DNA from: Eledone cirrhosa
Taxonomy: Eukaryota
Length of the DNA: 64,000 nucleotides
Direction: 5' to 3'
Assembly: GCA_964016885.1 (NCBI GenBank)
Contig: OZ024764.1
Location: 20,522,001-20,586,000 of the forward strand
The notes under the pieces were generated by a model. The model saw only the letters and a list, made by a program, of their open reading frames with translations. It did not search any database and was not told the origin of the DNA. The position numbers and the translations under genes were made by a program. Below, in pieces: positions 15,001 through 30,000 of the stretch (position 1 is its first letter; each line of letters begins with the position of its first letter).

Positions 15001-18000
15001 ATCTAATGTCACTAATAACTACTTTTATCAGTCAGTTTCATCTAATGTCACTAATAACTACTTTTATCAGTCAGTTTAATCTAATGTCACTAATAACTAC
15101 TTTTATCAGTCAGTTTAATCTAATGTCACTAATAACTACTTTTATCAGTCAGTTTAATCTAATGTAATAACTACATTTATCAGTCAGTATAATCTAATGT
15201 CACTAATAACTACTTTTATCAGTCAGTTTAATCTAATGTCACTAATAACTACTTTTATCAGTCAGTTTAATCTAATGTCACTAATAACTACTTTTATCAG
15301 TCAGTTTAATCTAATGTCACTAATAACTACTTTTATCAGTCAGTTTAATCTAATGTAATAACTACTTTTATCAGTCACTTTAATCTAATGTCACTAATAA
15401 CTACTTTTATCAGTCAGTTTAATCTAATGTCACTAATAACTACTTTTATCAGTCAGTTTAATCTAATGTCACTAATAACTACTTTTATCAGTCAGTTTAA
15501 TCTAATGTAATAACTACTTTTATCAGTCAGTTTAATCTAATGTCACTAATAACTACTTTTATCTGTCAGTTTAATCTAATGTCACTAATAACTACTTTTA
15601 TCAGTCAGTTTCATCTAATGTCACTAATAACTACTTTTATCAGTCAGTTTAATCTAATATAATAACTACTTTTATTAGTCAGTTTAATCTAATGTCACTA
15701 ATAACTACTTTTATCAGTCAGTTTAATATAATGTCACTAATAACTACTTTTATCAGTCAGTTTAATCTAATGTCACTAATAACTACTTTTATCAGTCAGT
15801 TTAATCTAATGTCACTAATAACTACTTTTATCAGTCAGTTTAATCTAATGTCACTAATAACTACTTTTATCAGTCAGTTTAATCTAATGTCACTAATAAC
15901 TACTTTTATCAGTCAGTTTAATCTAATGTCACTAATAACTACTTTTATCAGTGAGTTTAATCTAATGTAATAACTACTTTTATCAGTCAGTTTAATCTAA
16001 TGTCACTAATAACTACTTTTATCAGTCAGTTTAATCTAATGTCACTATTAACTACTTTTATCAGTCAGTTAATCTAATGTAATAACTACTTTTATCAGTC
16101 AGTTTAATCTAATGTCACTAATAACTACTTTTATCAGTCAGTTTAATCTAATGTCACTAGTAACTACTTTTATCAGTCAGTTAATCTAATGTAATAACTA
16201 CTTTTATCAGTCAGTTTAATCTAATATAATAACTACTTTTATTAGTCAGTTTAATCTAATGTCACTAATAACTACTTTTATCAGTCAGTTTAATCTAATG
16301 TAATAACTACTTTTATCAGTCACTTTAATCTAATGTCACTAATAACTACTTTTATCAGTCAGTTTAATCTAATGTCACTAATAACTACTTTTATCAGTCA
16401 GTTTAATCTAATGTCACTAATAACTACTTTTATCAGTCAGTTTAATCTAATGTAATAACTACTTTTATCAGTCAGTTTAATCTAATGTCACTAATAACTA
16501 CTTTTATCTGTCAGTTTAATCTAATGTCACTAATAACTACTTTTATCAGTCAGTTTCATCTAATGTCACTAATAACTACTTTTATCAGTCAGTTTAATCT
16601 AATATAATAACTACTTTTATTAGTCAGTTTAATCTAATGTCACTAATAACTACTTTTATCAGTCAGTTTAATCTAATGTCACTAATAACTACTTTTATCA
16701 GTCAGTTTAATCTAATGTCACTAATAACTACTTTTATCAGTCAGTTTAATCTAATGTCACTAATAACTACTTTTATCAGTCAGTTTAATCTAATGTCACT
16801 AATAACTACTTTTATCAGTCAGTTTAATCTAATGTCACTAATAACTACTTTTATCAGTCAGTTTAATCTAATGTCACTAATAACTACTTTTATCTGTCAG
16901 TTTAATCTAATGTCACTAGTAACTACTTTTATCAGTCAGTTAATCTAATGTAATAACTACTTTTATCAGTCAGTATAATCTAATGTCACTAATAACTACT
17001 TTTATCAGTCAGTTTAATCTAATGTAATAACTACTTTTATCAGTCAGTATAATCTAATGTCACTAATAACTACTTTTATCAGTCAGTTTAATCTAATGTC
17101 GCTAATAACTACTTTTATCAGTCAGTTTAATCTAATGTCACTAATAACTACTTTTATCAGTCAGTTTAATCTAATGTCACTAATAACTACTTTTATCAGT
17201 CAGTTTAATCTAATGTCACTAATAACTACTTTTATCAGTCAGTATAATCTAATGTCACTAATAACTACTTTTATCAGTCAGTTTAATCTAATGTCACTAA
17301 TAACTACTTTTATCAGTCAGTATAATCTAATGTCAGTAATAATTACTTTTATCAGTCAGTTTAATCTAATGTCACTAATAACTACTTTTATCAGTCAGTT
17401 TAATCTAATGTCACTAATAACTACTTTTATCAGTCAGTTTAATCTAATGTCACTAATAACTACTTTTATCAGTCAGTTTAATCTAATGTAATAACTACTT
17501 TTATCAGTCAGTATAATCTAATGTCACTAATAACTACTTTTATCAGTCAGTTTAATCTAATGTCACTAATAACTACTTTTATCAGTCAGTTTAATCTAAT
17601 GTAATAACTACTTTTATCAGTCAGTTTAATCTAATGTCACTAATAACTACTTTTATCAGTCAGTTTAATCTAATGTCACTAATAACTACTTTTATCAGTC
17701 AGTTTAATCTAATGTAATAACTACTTTTATCAGTCAGTTTAATCTAATGTCACTAATAACTACTTTTATCAGTCAGTTTAATCTAATGTCACTAATAACT
17801 ACTTTTATCAGTCAGTTTAATCTAATGTCACTAATAACTACTTTTATCAGTCAGTTTAATCTAATGTCACTAATAACTACTTTTATCAGTCAGTTTAATC
17901 TAATGTCACTAATAACTACTTTTATCAGTCAGTTTAATCTAATGTAATAACTACTTTTATCAGTCAGTTTAATCTAATGTCACTAATAACTACTTTTATC

Positions 18001-21000
18001 AGTCAGTTTAATCTAATGTCACTAATAACTACTTTTATCAGTCAGTTTAATGTAATGTAATAACTACTTTTATCAGTCAGTATAATCTAATGTCACTAAT
18101 AACTACTTTTATCAGTCAGTATAATTTAATGTCACTAATAATTACTTTTATCAGTCAGTTTAATCTAATGTAATAACTACATTTATCAGTCAGTATAATC
18201 TAATGTCACTAATAACTACTTTTATCAGTCAGTTTAATCTAATGTCACTAATAACTACTTTTATCAGTCAGTTTAATCTAATGTCACTAATAACTACTTT
18301 TATCAGTCAGTTTAATCTAATGTCACTAATAACTACTTTTATCAGTCAGTTTAATCTAATGTAATAACTACTTTTATCAGTCACTTTAATCTAATGTCAC
18401 TAATAACTACTTTTATCAGTCAGTTTAATCTAATGTCACTAATAACTACTTTTATCAGTCAGTTTAATCTAATGTCACTAATAACTACTTTTATCAGTCA
18501 GTTTAATCTAATGTAATAACTACTTTTATCAGTCAGTTTAATCTAATGTCACTAATAACTACTTTTATCTGTCAGTTTAATCTAATGTCACTAATAACTA
18601 CTTTTATCAGTCAGTTTCATCTAATGTCACTAATAACTACTTTTATCAGTCAGTTCAATCTAATGTCACTAATAACTACTTTTATCAGTCAGTTTAATCT
18701 AATGTAATAACTACTTTTATCAGTCAGTTTAATCTAATGTCACTAATAACTACTTTTATCAGTCAGTTTAATCTAATGTAATAACTACTTTTATCAGTCA
18801 GTTTAATCTAATGTCACTAATAACTACTTTTATCAGTCAGTTTAATCTAATGTAATAACTACTTTTATTAGTCAGTTTAATCTAATGTCACTAATAACTA
18901 CTTTTATCAGTCAGTTTAATCTAATGTCACTAATAACTACTTTTATCAGTCAGTTTAATCTAATGTCACTAATAACTACTTTTATCAGTCAGTTTAATCT
19001 AATGTCACTAATAAATACTTTTATCAGTCAGTTTAATCTAATGTCACTAATAACTACTTTTATCAGTCAGTTTAATCTAATGTAATAACTACTTTCATCA
19101 GTCAGTTTAATCTAATGTCACTAATAACTACTTTTATCAGTCAGTTTAATCTAATGTCACTAATAACTACTTTTATCAGTCAGTTTAATCTAATGTCACT
19201 AAGAACTACTTTTATCAGTCAGTTTAATCTAATGTAATAACTACTTTTATCAGTCAGTTTAATCTAATGTCACTAATAACTACTTTTATCAGTCAGTTTA
19301 ATCTAATGTAATAACTACTTTTATCAGTCAGTTTAATCTAATGTCACTAATAACTACTTTTATCTGTCAGTTTAATCTAATGTCACTAATAACTACTTTT
19401 ATCAGTCAGTTTCATCTAATGTCACTAATAACTACTTTTATCAGTCAGTTTAATCTAATGTAATAACTACTTTTATTAGTCAGTTTAATCTAATGTCACT
19501 AATAACTACTTTTATCAGTCAGTTTAATCTAATGTCACTAATAACTACTTTTATCAGTCAGTTTAATCTAATGTCACTAATAACTACTTTTATCAGTCAG
19601 TTTAATCTAATGTCACTAATAACTACTTTTATCAGTCAGTTTAATCTAATGTCACTAATAACTACTTTTATCAGTCAGTTTAATCTAATGTCACTAATAA
19701 CTACTTTTATCAGTCAGTTTAATCTAATGTCACTAATAACTACTTTTATCAGTCAGTTTAATCTAATGTAATAACTACTTTTATCAGTCAGTATAATCTA
19801 ATCTCACTAATAACTACTTTTATCAGTCAGTTTAATCTAATGTCACTAATAACTACTTTTATCAGTCAGTTTAATCTAATGTAATAACTACTTTTATCAG
19901 TCAGTTTAATCTAATGTCACTAATAACTACTTTTATCAGTCAGTTTAATCTAATGTCACTAAAAACTACTTTTATCAGTCAGTTTAATCTAATGTAATAA
20001 CTACTTTTATCAGTCAGTTTAATCTAATGTCACTAATAACTACTTTTATCAGTCAGTTTAATCTAATGTCACTAATAACTACTTTTATCAGTCAGTTTAA
20101 TCTAATGTAATAACTACTTTTATCAGTCAGTTTAATCTAATGTCACTAATAACTACTTTTATCAGTCAGTTTAATCTAATGTCACTAATAACTACTTTTA
20201 TCAGTCAGTTTAATCTAATGTCACTAATAACTACTTTTATCAGTCAGTTTAATCTAATGTCACTAATAACTACTTTTATCAGTCAGTTTAATCTAATGTC
20301 ACTAATAACTACTTTTATCAGTCAGTTTAATCTAATGTAATAACTACTTTTATCAGTCAGTTTAATCTAATGTCACTAATAACTACTTTTATCAGTCAGT
20401 TTAATCTAATGTCACTAATAACTACTTTTATCAGTCAGTTTAATCTAATGTAATAACTATTTTTATCAGTCAGTATAATCTAATGTCACTAATAACTACT
20501 TTTATCAGTCAGTATAATCTAATGTCACTAATAATTACTTTTATCAGTCAGTTTAATCTAATGTAATAACTACATTTATCAGTCAGTATAATCTAATGTC
20601 ACTAATAACTACTTTTATCAGTCAGTTTAATCTAATGTCACTAATAACTACTTTTATCAGTCAGTTTAATCTAATGTCACTAATAACTACTTTTATCAGT
20701 CAGTTTAATCTAATGTCACTAATAACTACTTTTATCAGTCAGTTTAATCTAATGTAATAACTACTTTTATCAGTCACTTTAATCTAATGTCACTAATAAC
20801 TACTTTTATCAGTCAGTTTAATCTAATGTCACTAATAACTACTTTTATCAGTCAGTTTAATCTAATGTCACTAATAACTACTTTTATCAGTCAGTTTAAT
20901 CTAATGTCACTAATAACTACTTTTATCAGTCAGTTTAATCTAATGTAATAACTACTTTTATCAGTCAGTATAATCTAATGTCACTAATAACTACTTTTAT

Positions 21001-24000
21001 CAGTCAGTATAATCTAATGTCACTAATAATTACTTTTATCAGTCAGTTTAATCTAATGTAATAACTACATTTATCAGTCAGTTTAATCTAATGTCACTAA
21101 TAACTACTTTTATCAGTCAGTTTAATCTAATGTCACTAATAACTACTTTTATCAGTCAGTTTAATCTAATGTCACTAATAACTACTTTTATCAGTCAGTT
21201 TAATCTAATGTAATAACTACTTTTATCAGTCACTTTAATCTAATGTCACTAATAACTACTTTTATCAGTCAGTTTAATCTAATGTCACTAATAACTACTT
21301 TTATCAGTCAGTTTAATCTAATGTCACTAATAACTACTTTTATCAGTCAGTTTAATCTAATGTAATAACTACTTTTATCTGTCAGTTTAATCTAATGTCA
21401 CTAATAACTACTTTTATCAGTCAGTTTCATCTAATGTCACTAATAACTACTTTTATCAGTCAGTTAAATCTAATATAATAACTACTTTTATTAGTCAGTT
21501 TAATCTAATGTCACTAATAACTACTTTTATCAGTCAGTTTAATATAATGTCACTAATAACTACTTTTATCAGTCAGTTTAATCTAATGTCACTAATAACT
21601 ACTTTTATCAGTCAGTTTAATCTAATGTCACTAATAACTACTTTTATCAGTCAGTTTAATCTAATGTCACTAATAACTACTTTTATCAGTCAGTTTAATC
21701 TAATGTCACTAATAACTACTTTTATCAGTCAGTTTAATCTAATGTCACTAATAACTACTTTTATCAGTGAGTTTAATCTAATGTAATAACTACTTTTATC
21801 AGTCAGTTTAATCTAATATAATAACTACTTTTATCAGTCAGTTTAATCTAATGTCACTAGTAACTACTTTTATCAGTCAGTTAATCTAATGTAATAACTA
21901 CTTTTATCAGTCAGTTTAATCTAATGTCACTAATAACTACTTTTATCAGTCAGTTTAATCTAATGTCACTAGTAACTACTTTTATCAGTCAGTTAATCTA
22001 ATGTAATAACTACTTTTATCAGTCAGTTTAATCTAATATAATAACTACTTTTATTAGTCAGTTTAATCTAATGTCACTAATAACTACTTTTATCAGTCAG
22101 TTTAATCTAATGTAATAACTACTTTTATCAGTCACTTTAATCTAATGTCACTAATAACTACTTTTATCAGTCAGTTTAATCTAATGTCACTAATAACTAC
22201 TTTTATCAGTCAGTTTAATCTAATGTCACTAATAACTACTTTTATCAGTCAGTTTAATCTAATGTAATAACTACTTTTATCAGTCAGTTTAATCTAATGT
22301 CACTAATAACTACTTTTATCTGTCAGTTTAATCTAATGTCACTAATAACTACTTTTATCAGTCAGTTTCATCTAATGTCACTAATAACTACTTTTATCAG
22401 TCAGTTTAATCTAATATAATAACTACTTTTATTAGTCAGTTTAATCTAATGTCACTAATAACTACTTTTATCAGTCAGTTTAATCTAATGTCACTAATAA
22501 CTACTTTTATCAGTCAGTTTAATCTAATGTCACTAATAACTACTTTTATCAGTCAGTTTAATCTAATGTCACTAATAACTACTTTTATCAGTCAGTTTAA
22601 TCTAATGTCACTAATAACTACTTTTATCAGTCAGTTTAATCTAACGTCACTAATAACTACTTTTATCAGTCAGTTTAATCTAATGTCACTAATAACTACT
22701 TTTATCAGTGAGTTTAATCTAATGTAATAACTACTTTTATCAGTCAGTTTAATCTAATGTCACTAATAACTACTTTTATCAGTCAGTTTAATCTAATGTC
22801 ACTAGTAACTACTTTTATCAGTCAGTTAATCTAATGTAATAACTACTTTTATCAGTCAGTATAATCTAATGTCACTAATAACTACTTTTATCAGTCAGTT
22901 TAATCTAATGTAATAACTACTTTTATCAGTCAGTATAATCTAATGTCACTAATAACTACTTTTATCAGTCAGTTTAATCTAATGTCACTAATAACTACTT
23001 TTATCAGTCAGTATAATCTAATGTCGCTAATAACTACTTTTATCAGTCAGTTTAATCTAATGTCACTAATAACTACTTTTATCAGTCAGTTTAATCTAAT
23101 GTCACTAATAACTACTTTTATCAGTCAGTTTAATCTAATGTCACTAATAACTACTTTTATCAGTCAGTATAATCTAATGTCACTAATAACTACTTTTATC
23201 AGTCAGTTTAATCTAATGTCACTAATAACTACTTTTATCAGTCAGTATAATCTAATGTCAGTAATAATTACTTTTATCAGTCAGTTTAATCTAATGTCAC
23301 TAATAACTACTTTTATCAGTCAGTTTAATCTAATGTCACTAATAACTACTTTTATCAGTCAGTTTAATCTAATGTCACTAATAACTACTTTTATCAGTCA
23401 GTTTAATCTAATGTAATAACTACTTTTATCAGTCAGTATAATCTAATGTCACTAATAACTACTTTTATCAGTCAGTTTAATCTAATGTCACTAATAACTA
23501 CTTTTATCAGTCAGTTTAATCTAATGTAATAACTACTTTTATCAGTCAGTTTAATCTAATGTCACTAATAACTACTTTTATCAGTCAGTTTAATCTAATG
23601 TCACTAATAACTACTTTTATCAGTCAGTTTAATCTAATGTAATAACTACTTTTATCAGTCAGTTTAATCTAATGTCACTAATAACTACTTTTATCAGTCA
23701 GTTTAATCTAATGTCACTAATAACTACTTTTATCAGTCAGTTTAATCTAATGTCACTAATAACTACTTTTATCAGTGAGTTTAATCTAATGTAATAACTA
23801 CTTTTATCAGTCAGTTTAATCTAATGTCACTAATAACTACTTTTATCAGTCAGTTTAATCTAATGTCACTAGTAACTACTTTTATCAGTCAGTTAATCTA
23901 ATGTAATAACTACTTTTATCAGTCAGTATAATCTAATGTCACTAATAACTACTTTTATCAGTCAGTTTAATCTAATGTAATAACTACTTTTATCAGTCAG

Positions 24001-27000
24001 TATAATCTAATGTCACTAATAACTACTTTTATCAGTCAGTTTAATCTAATGTCACTAATAACTACTTTTATCAGTCAGTATAATCTAATGTCGCTAATAA
24101 CTACTTTTATCAGTCAGTTTAATCTAATGTCACTAATAACTACTTTTATCAGTCAGTTTAATCTAATGTCACTAATAACTACTTTTATCAGTCAGTTTAA
24201 TCTAATGTCACTAATAACTACTTTTATCAGTCAGTATAATCTAATGTCACTAATAACTACTTTTATCAGTCAGTTTAATCTAATGTCACTAATAACTACT
24301 TTTATCAGTCAGTATAATCTAATGTCAGTAATAATTACTTTTATCAGTCAGTTTAATCTAATGTCACTAATAACTACTTTTATCAGTCAGTTTAATCTAA
24401 TGTCACTAATAACTACTTTTATCAGTCAGTTTAATCTAATGTCACTAATAACTACTTTTATCAGTCAGTTTAATCTAATGTAATAACTACTTTTATCAGT
24501 CAGTATAATCTAATGTCACTAATAACTACTTTTATCAGTCAGTTTAATCTAATGTCACTAATAACTACTTTTATCAGTCAGTTTAATCTAATGTAATAAC
24601 TACTTTTATCAGTCAGTTTAATCTAATGTCACTAATAACTACTTTTATCAGTCAGTTTAATCTAATGTCACTAATAACTACTTTTATCAGTCAGTTTAAT
24701 CTAATGTAATAACTACTTTTATCAGTCAGTTTAATCTAATGTCACTAATAACTACTTTTATCAGTCAGTTTAATCTAATGTCACTAATAACTACTTTTAT
24801 CAGTCAGTTTAATCTAATGTAATAACTACTTTTATCAGTCAGTTTAATCTAATGTCACTAATAACTACTTTTATCAGTCAGTTTAATCTAATGTCACTAA
24901 TAACTACTTTTATCAGTCAGTTTAATCTAATGTCACTAATAACTACTTTTATCAGTCAGTTTAATCTAATGTCACTAATAACTACTTTTATCAGTCAGTT
25001 TAATCTAATGTCACTAATAACTACTTTTATCAGTCAGTTTAATCTAATGTAATAACTACTTTTATCAGTCAGTTTAATCTAATGTCACTAATAACTACTT
25101 TTATCAGTCAGTTTAATCTAATGTCACTAATAACTACTTTTATCAGTCAGTTTAATCTAATGTAATAACTACTTTTATCAGTCAGTATAATCTAATGTCA
25201 CTAATAACTACTTTTATCAGTCAGTATAATTTAATGTCACTAATAATTACTTTTATCAGTCAGTTTAATCTAATGTAATAACTACATTTATCAGTCAGTA
25301 TAATCTAATGTCACTAATAACTACTTTTATCAGTCAGCTTAATCTAATGTCACTAATAACTACTTTTATCAGTCAGTTTAATCTAATGTCACTAATAACT
25401 ACTTTTATCAGTCAGTTTAATCTAATGTCACTAATAACTACTTTTATCAGTCAGTTTAATCTAATGTAATAACTACTTTTATCAGTCACTTTAATCTAAT
25501 GTCACTAATAACTACTTTTATCAGTCAGTTTAATCTAATGTCACTAATAACTACTTTTATCAGTCAGTTTAATCTAATGTCACTAATAACTACTTTTATC
25601 AGTCAGTTTAATCTAATGTCACTAATAACTACTTTTATCAGTCAGTTTAATCTAATGTAATAACTACTTTTATCTGTCAGTTTAATCTAATGTCACTAAT
25701 AACTACTTTTATCAGTCAGTTTCATCTAATGTCACTAATAACTACTTTTATCAGTCAGTTTAATCTAATGTCACTAATAACTACTTTTATCAGTCAGTTT
25801 AATCTAATGTCACTAATAACTACTTTTATCAGTCAGTTTAATCTAATGTAATAACTACTTTTATCAGTCACTTTAATCTAATGTCACTAATAACTACTTT
25901 TATCAGTCAGTTTAATCTAATGTCACTAATAACTACTTTTATCAGTCAGTTTAATCTAATGTCACTAATAACTACTTTTATCAGTCAGTTTAATCTAATG
26001 TCACTAATAACTACTTTTATCAGTCAGTTTAATCTAATGTTATAACTACTTTTATCTGTCAGTTTAATCTAATGTCACTAATAACTACTTTTATCAGTCA
26101 GTTTCATCTAATGTCACTAATAACTACTTTTATCAGTCAGTTCAATCTAATGTCACTAATAACTACTTTTATCAGTCAGTTTAATCTAATGTAATAACTA
26201 CTTTTATCAGTCAGTTTAATCTAATGTCACTAATAACTACTTTTATCAGTCAGTTTAATCTAATGTAATAACTACTTTTATCAGTCAGTTTAATCTAATG
26301 TCACTAATAACTACTTTTATCAGTCAGTTTAATCTAATGTAATAACTACTTTTATTAGTCAGTTTAATCTAATGTCACTAATAACTACTTTTATCAGTCA
26401 GTTTAATCTAATGTCACTAATAACTACTTTTATCAGTCAGTTTAATCTAATGTCACTAATAACTACTTTTATCAGTCAGTTTAATCTAATGTCACTAATA
26501 AATACTTTTATCAGTCAGTTTAATCTAATGTCACTAATAACTACTTTTATCAGTCAGTTTAATCTAATGTAATAACTACTTTCATCAGTCAGTTTAATCT
26601 AATGTCACTAATAACTACTTTTATCAGTCAGTTTAATCTAATGTCACTAATAACTACTTTTATCAGTCAGTTTAATCTAATGTCACTAAGAACTACTTTT
26701 ATCAGTCAGTTTAATCTAATGTAATAACTACTTTTATCAGTCAGTTTAATCTAATGTCACTAATAACTACTTTTATCAGTCAGTTTAATCTAATGTCACT
26801 AATAACTACTTTTATCAGTCAGTTTAATCTAATGTCACTAATAACTGCTTTTATCAGTCAGTTTAATCTAATGTAATAACTACTTTTATCAGTCAGTTTA
26901 ATCTAATGTCACTAATAACTACTTTTATCAGTCAGTTTAATCTAATGTAATAACTACTTTTATTAGTCAGTTTAATCTAATGTCACTAATAACTACTTTT

Positions 27001-30000
27001 GTCAGTCAGTTTAATCTAATGTCACTAATAACTACTTTTATCAGTCAGTTTAATCTAATGTCACTAATAACTACTTTTATCAGTCAGTTTAATCTAATGT
27101 CACTAATAACTACTTTTATCAGTCAGTTTAATCTAATGTCACTAATAACTACTTTTATCAGTCAGTTTAATCTAATGTCACTAATAACTAGTTTTATCAG
27201 TCAGTTTAATCTAATGTCACTAATAACTACTTTTATCAGTCAGTTTAATCTAATGTAATAACTACTTTTATCAGTCAGTTTAATCTAATGTCACTAATAA
27301 CTACTTTTATCAGTCAGTTTAATCTAATGTCACTAGTAACTACTTTTATCAGTCAGTTTAATCTAATGTAATAACTACTTTTATCAGTCAGTATAATCTA
27401 ATGTCACTAATAACTACTTTTATCAGTCAGTTTAATCTAATGTAATAACTACTTTTATCAGTCAGTATAATCTAATGTCACTAATAACTACTTTTATCAG
27501 TCAGTTTAATCTAATGTCACTAATAACTACTTTTATCAGTCAGTATAATCTAATGTCGCTAATAACTACTTTTATCAGTCAGTTTAATCTAATGTCACTA
27601 ATAACTACTTTTATCAGTCAGTTTAATCTAATGTCACTAATAACTACTTTTATCAGTCAGTTTAATCTAATGTCACTAATAACTACTTTTATCAGTCAGT
27701 ATAATCTAATGTCACTAATAACTACTTTTATCAGTCAGTTTAATCTAATGTCACTAATAACTACTTTTATCAGTCAGTATAATCTAATGTCAGTAATAAT
27801 TACTTTTATCAGTCAGTTTAATCTAATGTCACTAATAACTACTTTTATCAGTCAGTTTAATCTAATGTCACTAATAACTACTTTTATCAGTCAGTTTAAT
27901 CTAATGTCACTAATAACTACTTTTATCAGTCAGTTTAATCTAATGTAATAACTACTTTTATCAGTCAGTATAATCTAATGTCACTAATAACTACTTTTAT
28001 CAGTCAGTTTAATCTAATGTCACTAATAACTACTTTTATCAGTCAGTTTAATCTAATGTAATAACTACTTTTATCAGTCAGTTTAATCTAATGTCACTAA
28101 TAACTACTTTTATCAGTCAGTTTAATCTAATGTCACTAATAACTACTTTTATCAGTCAGTTTAATCTAATGTAATAACTACTTTTATCAGTCAGTTTAAT
28201 CTAATGTCACTAATAACTACTTTTATCAGTCAGTTTAATCTAATGTCACTAATAACTACTTTTATCAGTCAGTTTAATCTAATATAATAACTACTTTTAT
28301 CAGTCAGTTTAATCTAATGTCACTAATAACTACTTTTATCAGTCAGTTTAATCTAATGTCACTAATAACTACTTTTATCAGTCAGTTTAATCTAATGTCA
28401 CTAATAACTACTTTTATCAGTCAGTTTAATCTAATGTCACTAATAACTACTTTTATCAGTCAGTTTAATCTAATGTCACTAATAACTACTTTTATCAGTC
28501 AGTTTAATCTAATGTAATAACTACTTTTATCAGTCAGTTTAATCTAATGTCACTAATAACTACTTTTATCAGTCAGTTTAATCTAATGTCACTAATAACT
28601 ACTTTTATCAGTCAGTTTAATCTAATGTAATAACTACTTTTATCAGTCAGTATAATCTAATGTCACTAATAACTACTTTTATCAGTCAGTATAATCTAAT
28701 GTCACTAATAATTACTTTTATCAGTCAGTTTAATCTAATGTAATAACTACATTTATCAGTCAGTATAATCTAATGTCACTAATAACTACTTTTATCAGTC
28801 AGTTTAATCTAATGTCACTAATAACTACTTTTATCAGTCAGTTTAATCTAATGTCACTAATAACTACTTTTATCAGTCAGTTTAATCTAATGTCACTAAT
28901 AACTACTTTTATCAGTCAGTTTAATCTAATGTAATAACTACTTTTATCAGTCACTTTAATCTAATGTCACTAATAACTACTTTTTTCAGTCAGTTTAATC
29001 TAATGTCACTAATAACTACTTTTATCAGTCAGTTTAATCTAATGTCACTAATAACTACTTTTATCAGTCAGTTTAATCTAATGTAATAACTACTTTTATC
29101 AGTCAGTTTAATCTAATGTCACTAATAACTACTTTTATCTGTCAGTTTAATCTAATGTCACTAATAACTACTTTTATCAGTCAGTTTCATCTAATGTCAC
29201 TAATAACTACTTTTATCAGTCAGTTTAATCTAATGTAATAACTACTTTTATTAGTCAGTTTAATCTAATGTCACTAATAACTACTTTTATCAGTCAGTTT
29301 AATCTAATGTCACTAATAACTACTTTTATCAGTCAGTTTAATCTAATGTCACTAATAACTACTTTTATCAGTCAGTTTAATCTAATGTCACTAATAACTA
29401 CTTTTATCAGTCAGTTTAATCTAATGTCACTAATAACTACTTTTATCAGTCAGTTTAATCTAATGTCACTAATAACTACTTTTATCAGTCAGTTTAATCT
29501 AATGTCACTAATAACTACTTTTATCAGTCAGTTTAATCTAATGTAATAACTACTTTTATCAGTCAGTATAATCTAATGTCACTAATAACTACTTTTATCA
29601 GTCAGTTTAATCTAATGTCACTAATAACTACTTTTATCAGTCAGTTTAATCTAATGTAATAACTACTTTTATCAGTCAGTTTAATCTAATGTCACTAATA
29701 ACTACTTTTATCAGTCAGTTTAATCTAATGTCACTAATAACTACTTTTATCAGTCAGTTTAATCTAATGTCACTAATAACTACTTTTATCAGTCAGTTTA
29801 ATCTAATGTCACTAATAACTACTTTTATCAGTCAGTTTAATCTAATGTCACTAATAACTACTTTTATCAGTCAGTTTAATCTAATGTAATAACTACTTTT
29901 ATCAGTCAGTTTAATCTAATGTCACTAATAACTACTTTTATCAGTCAGTTTAATCTAATGTCACTAATAACTACTTTTATCAGTCAGTTTAATCTAATGT

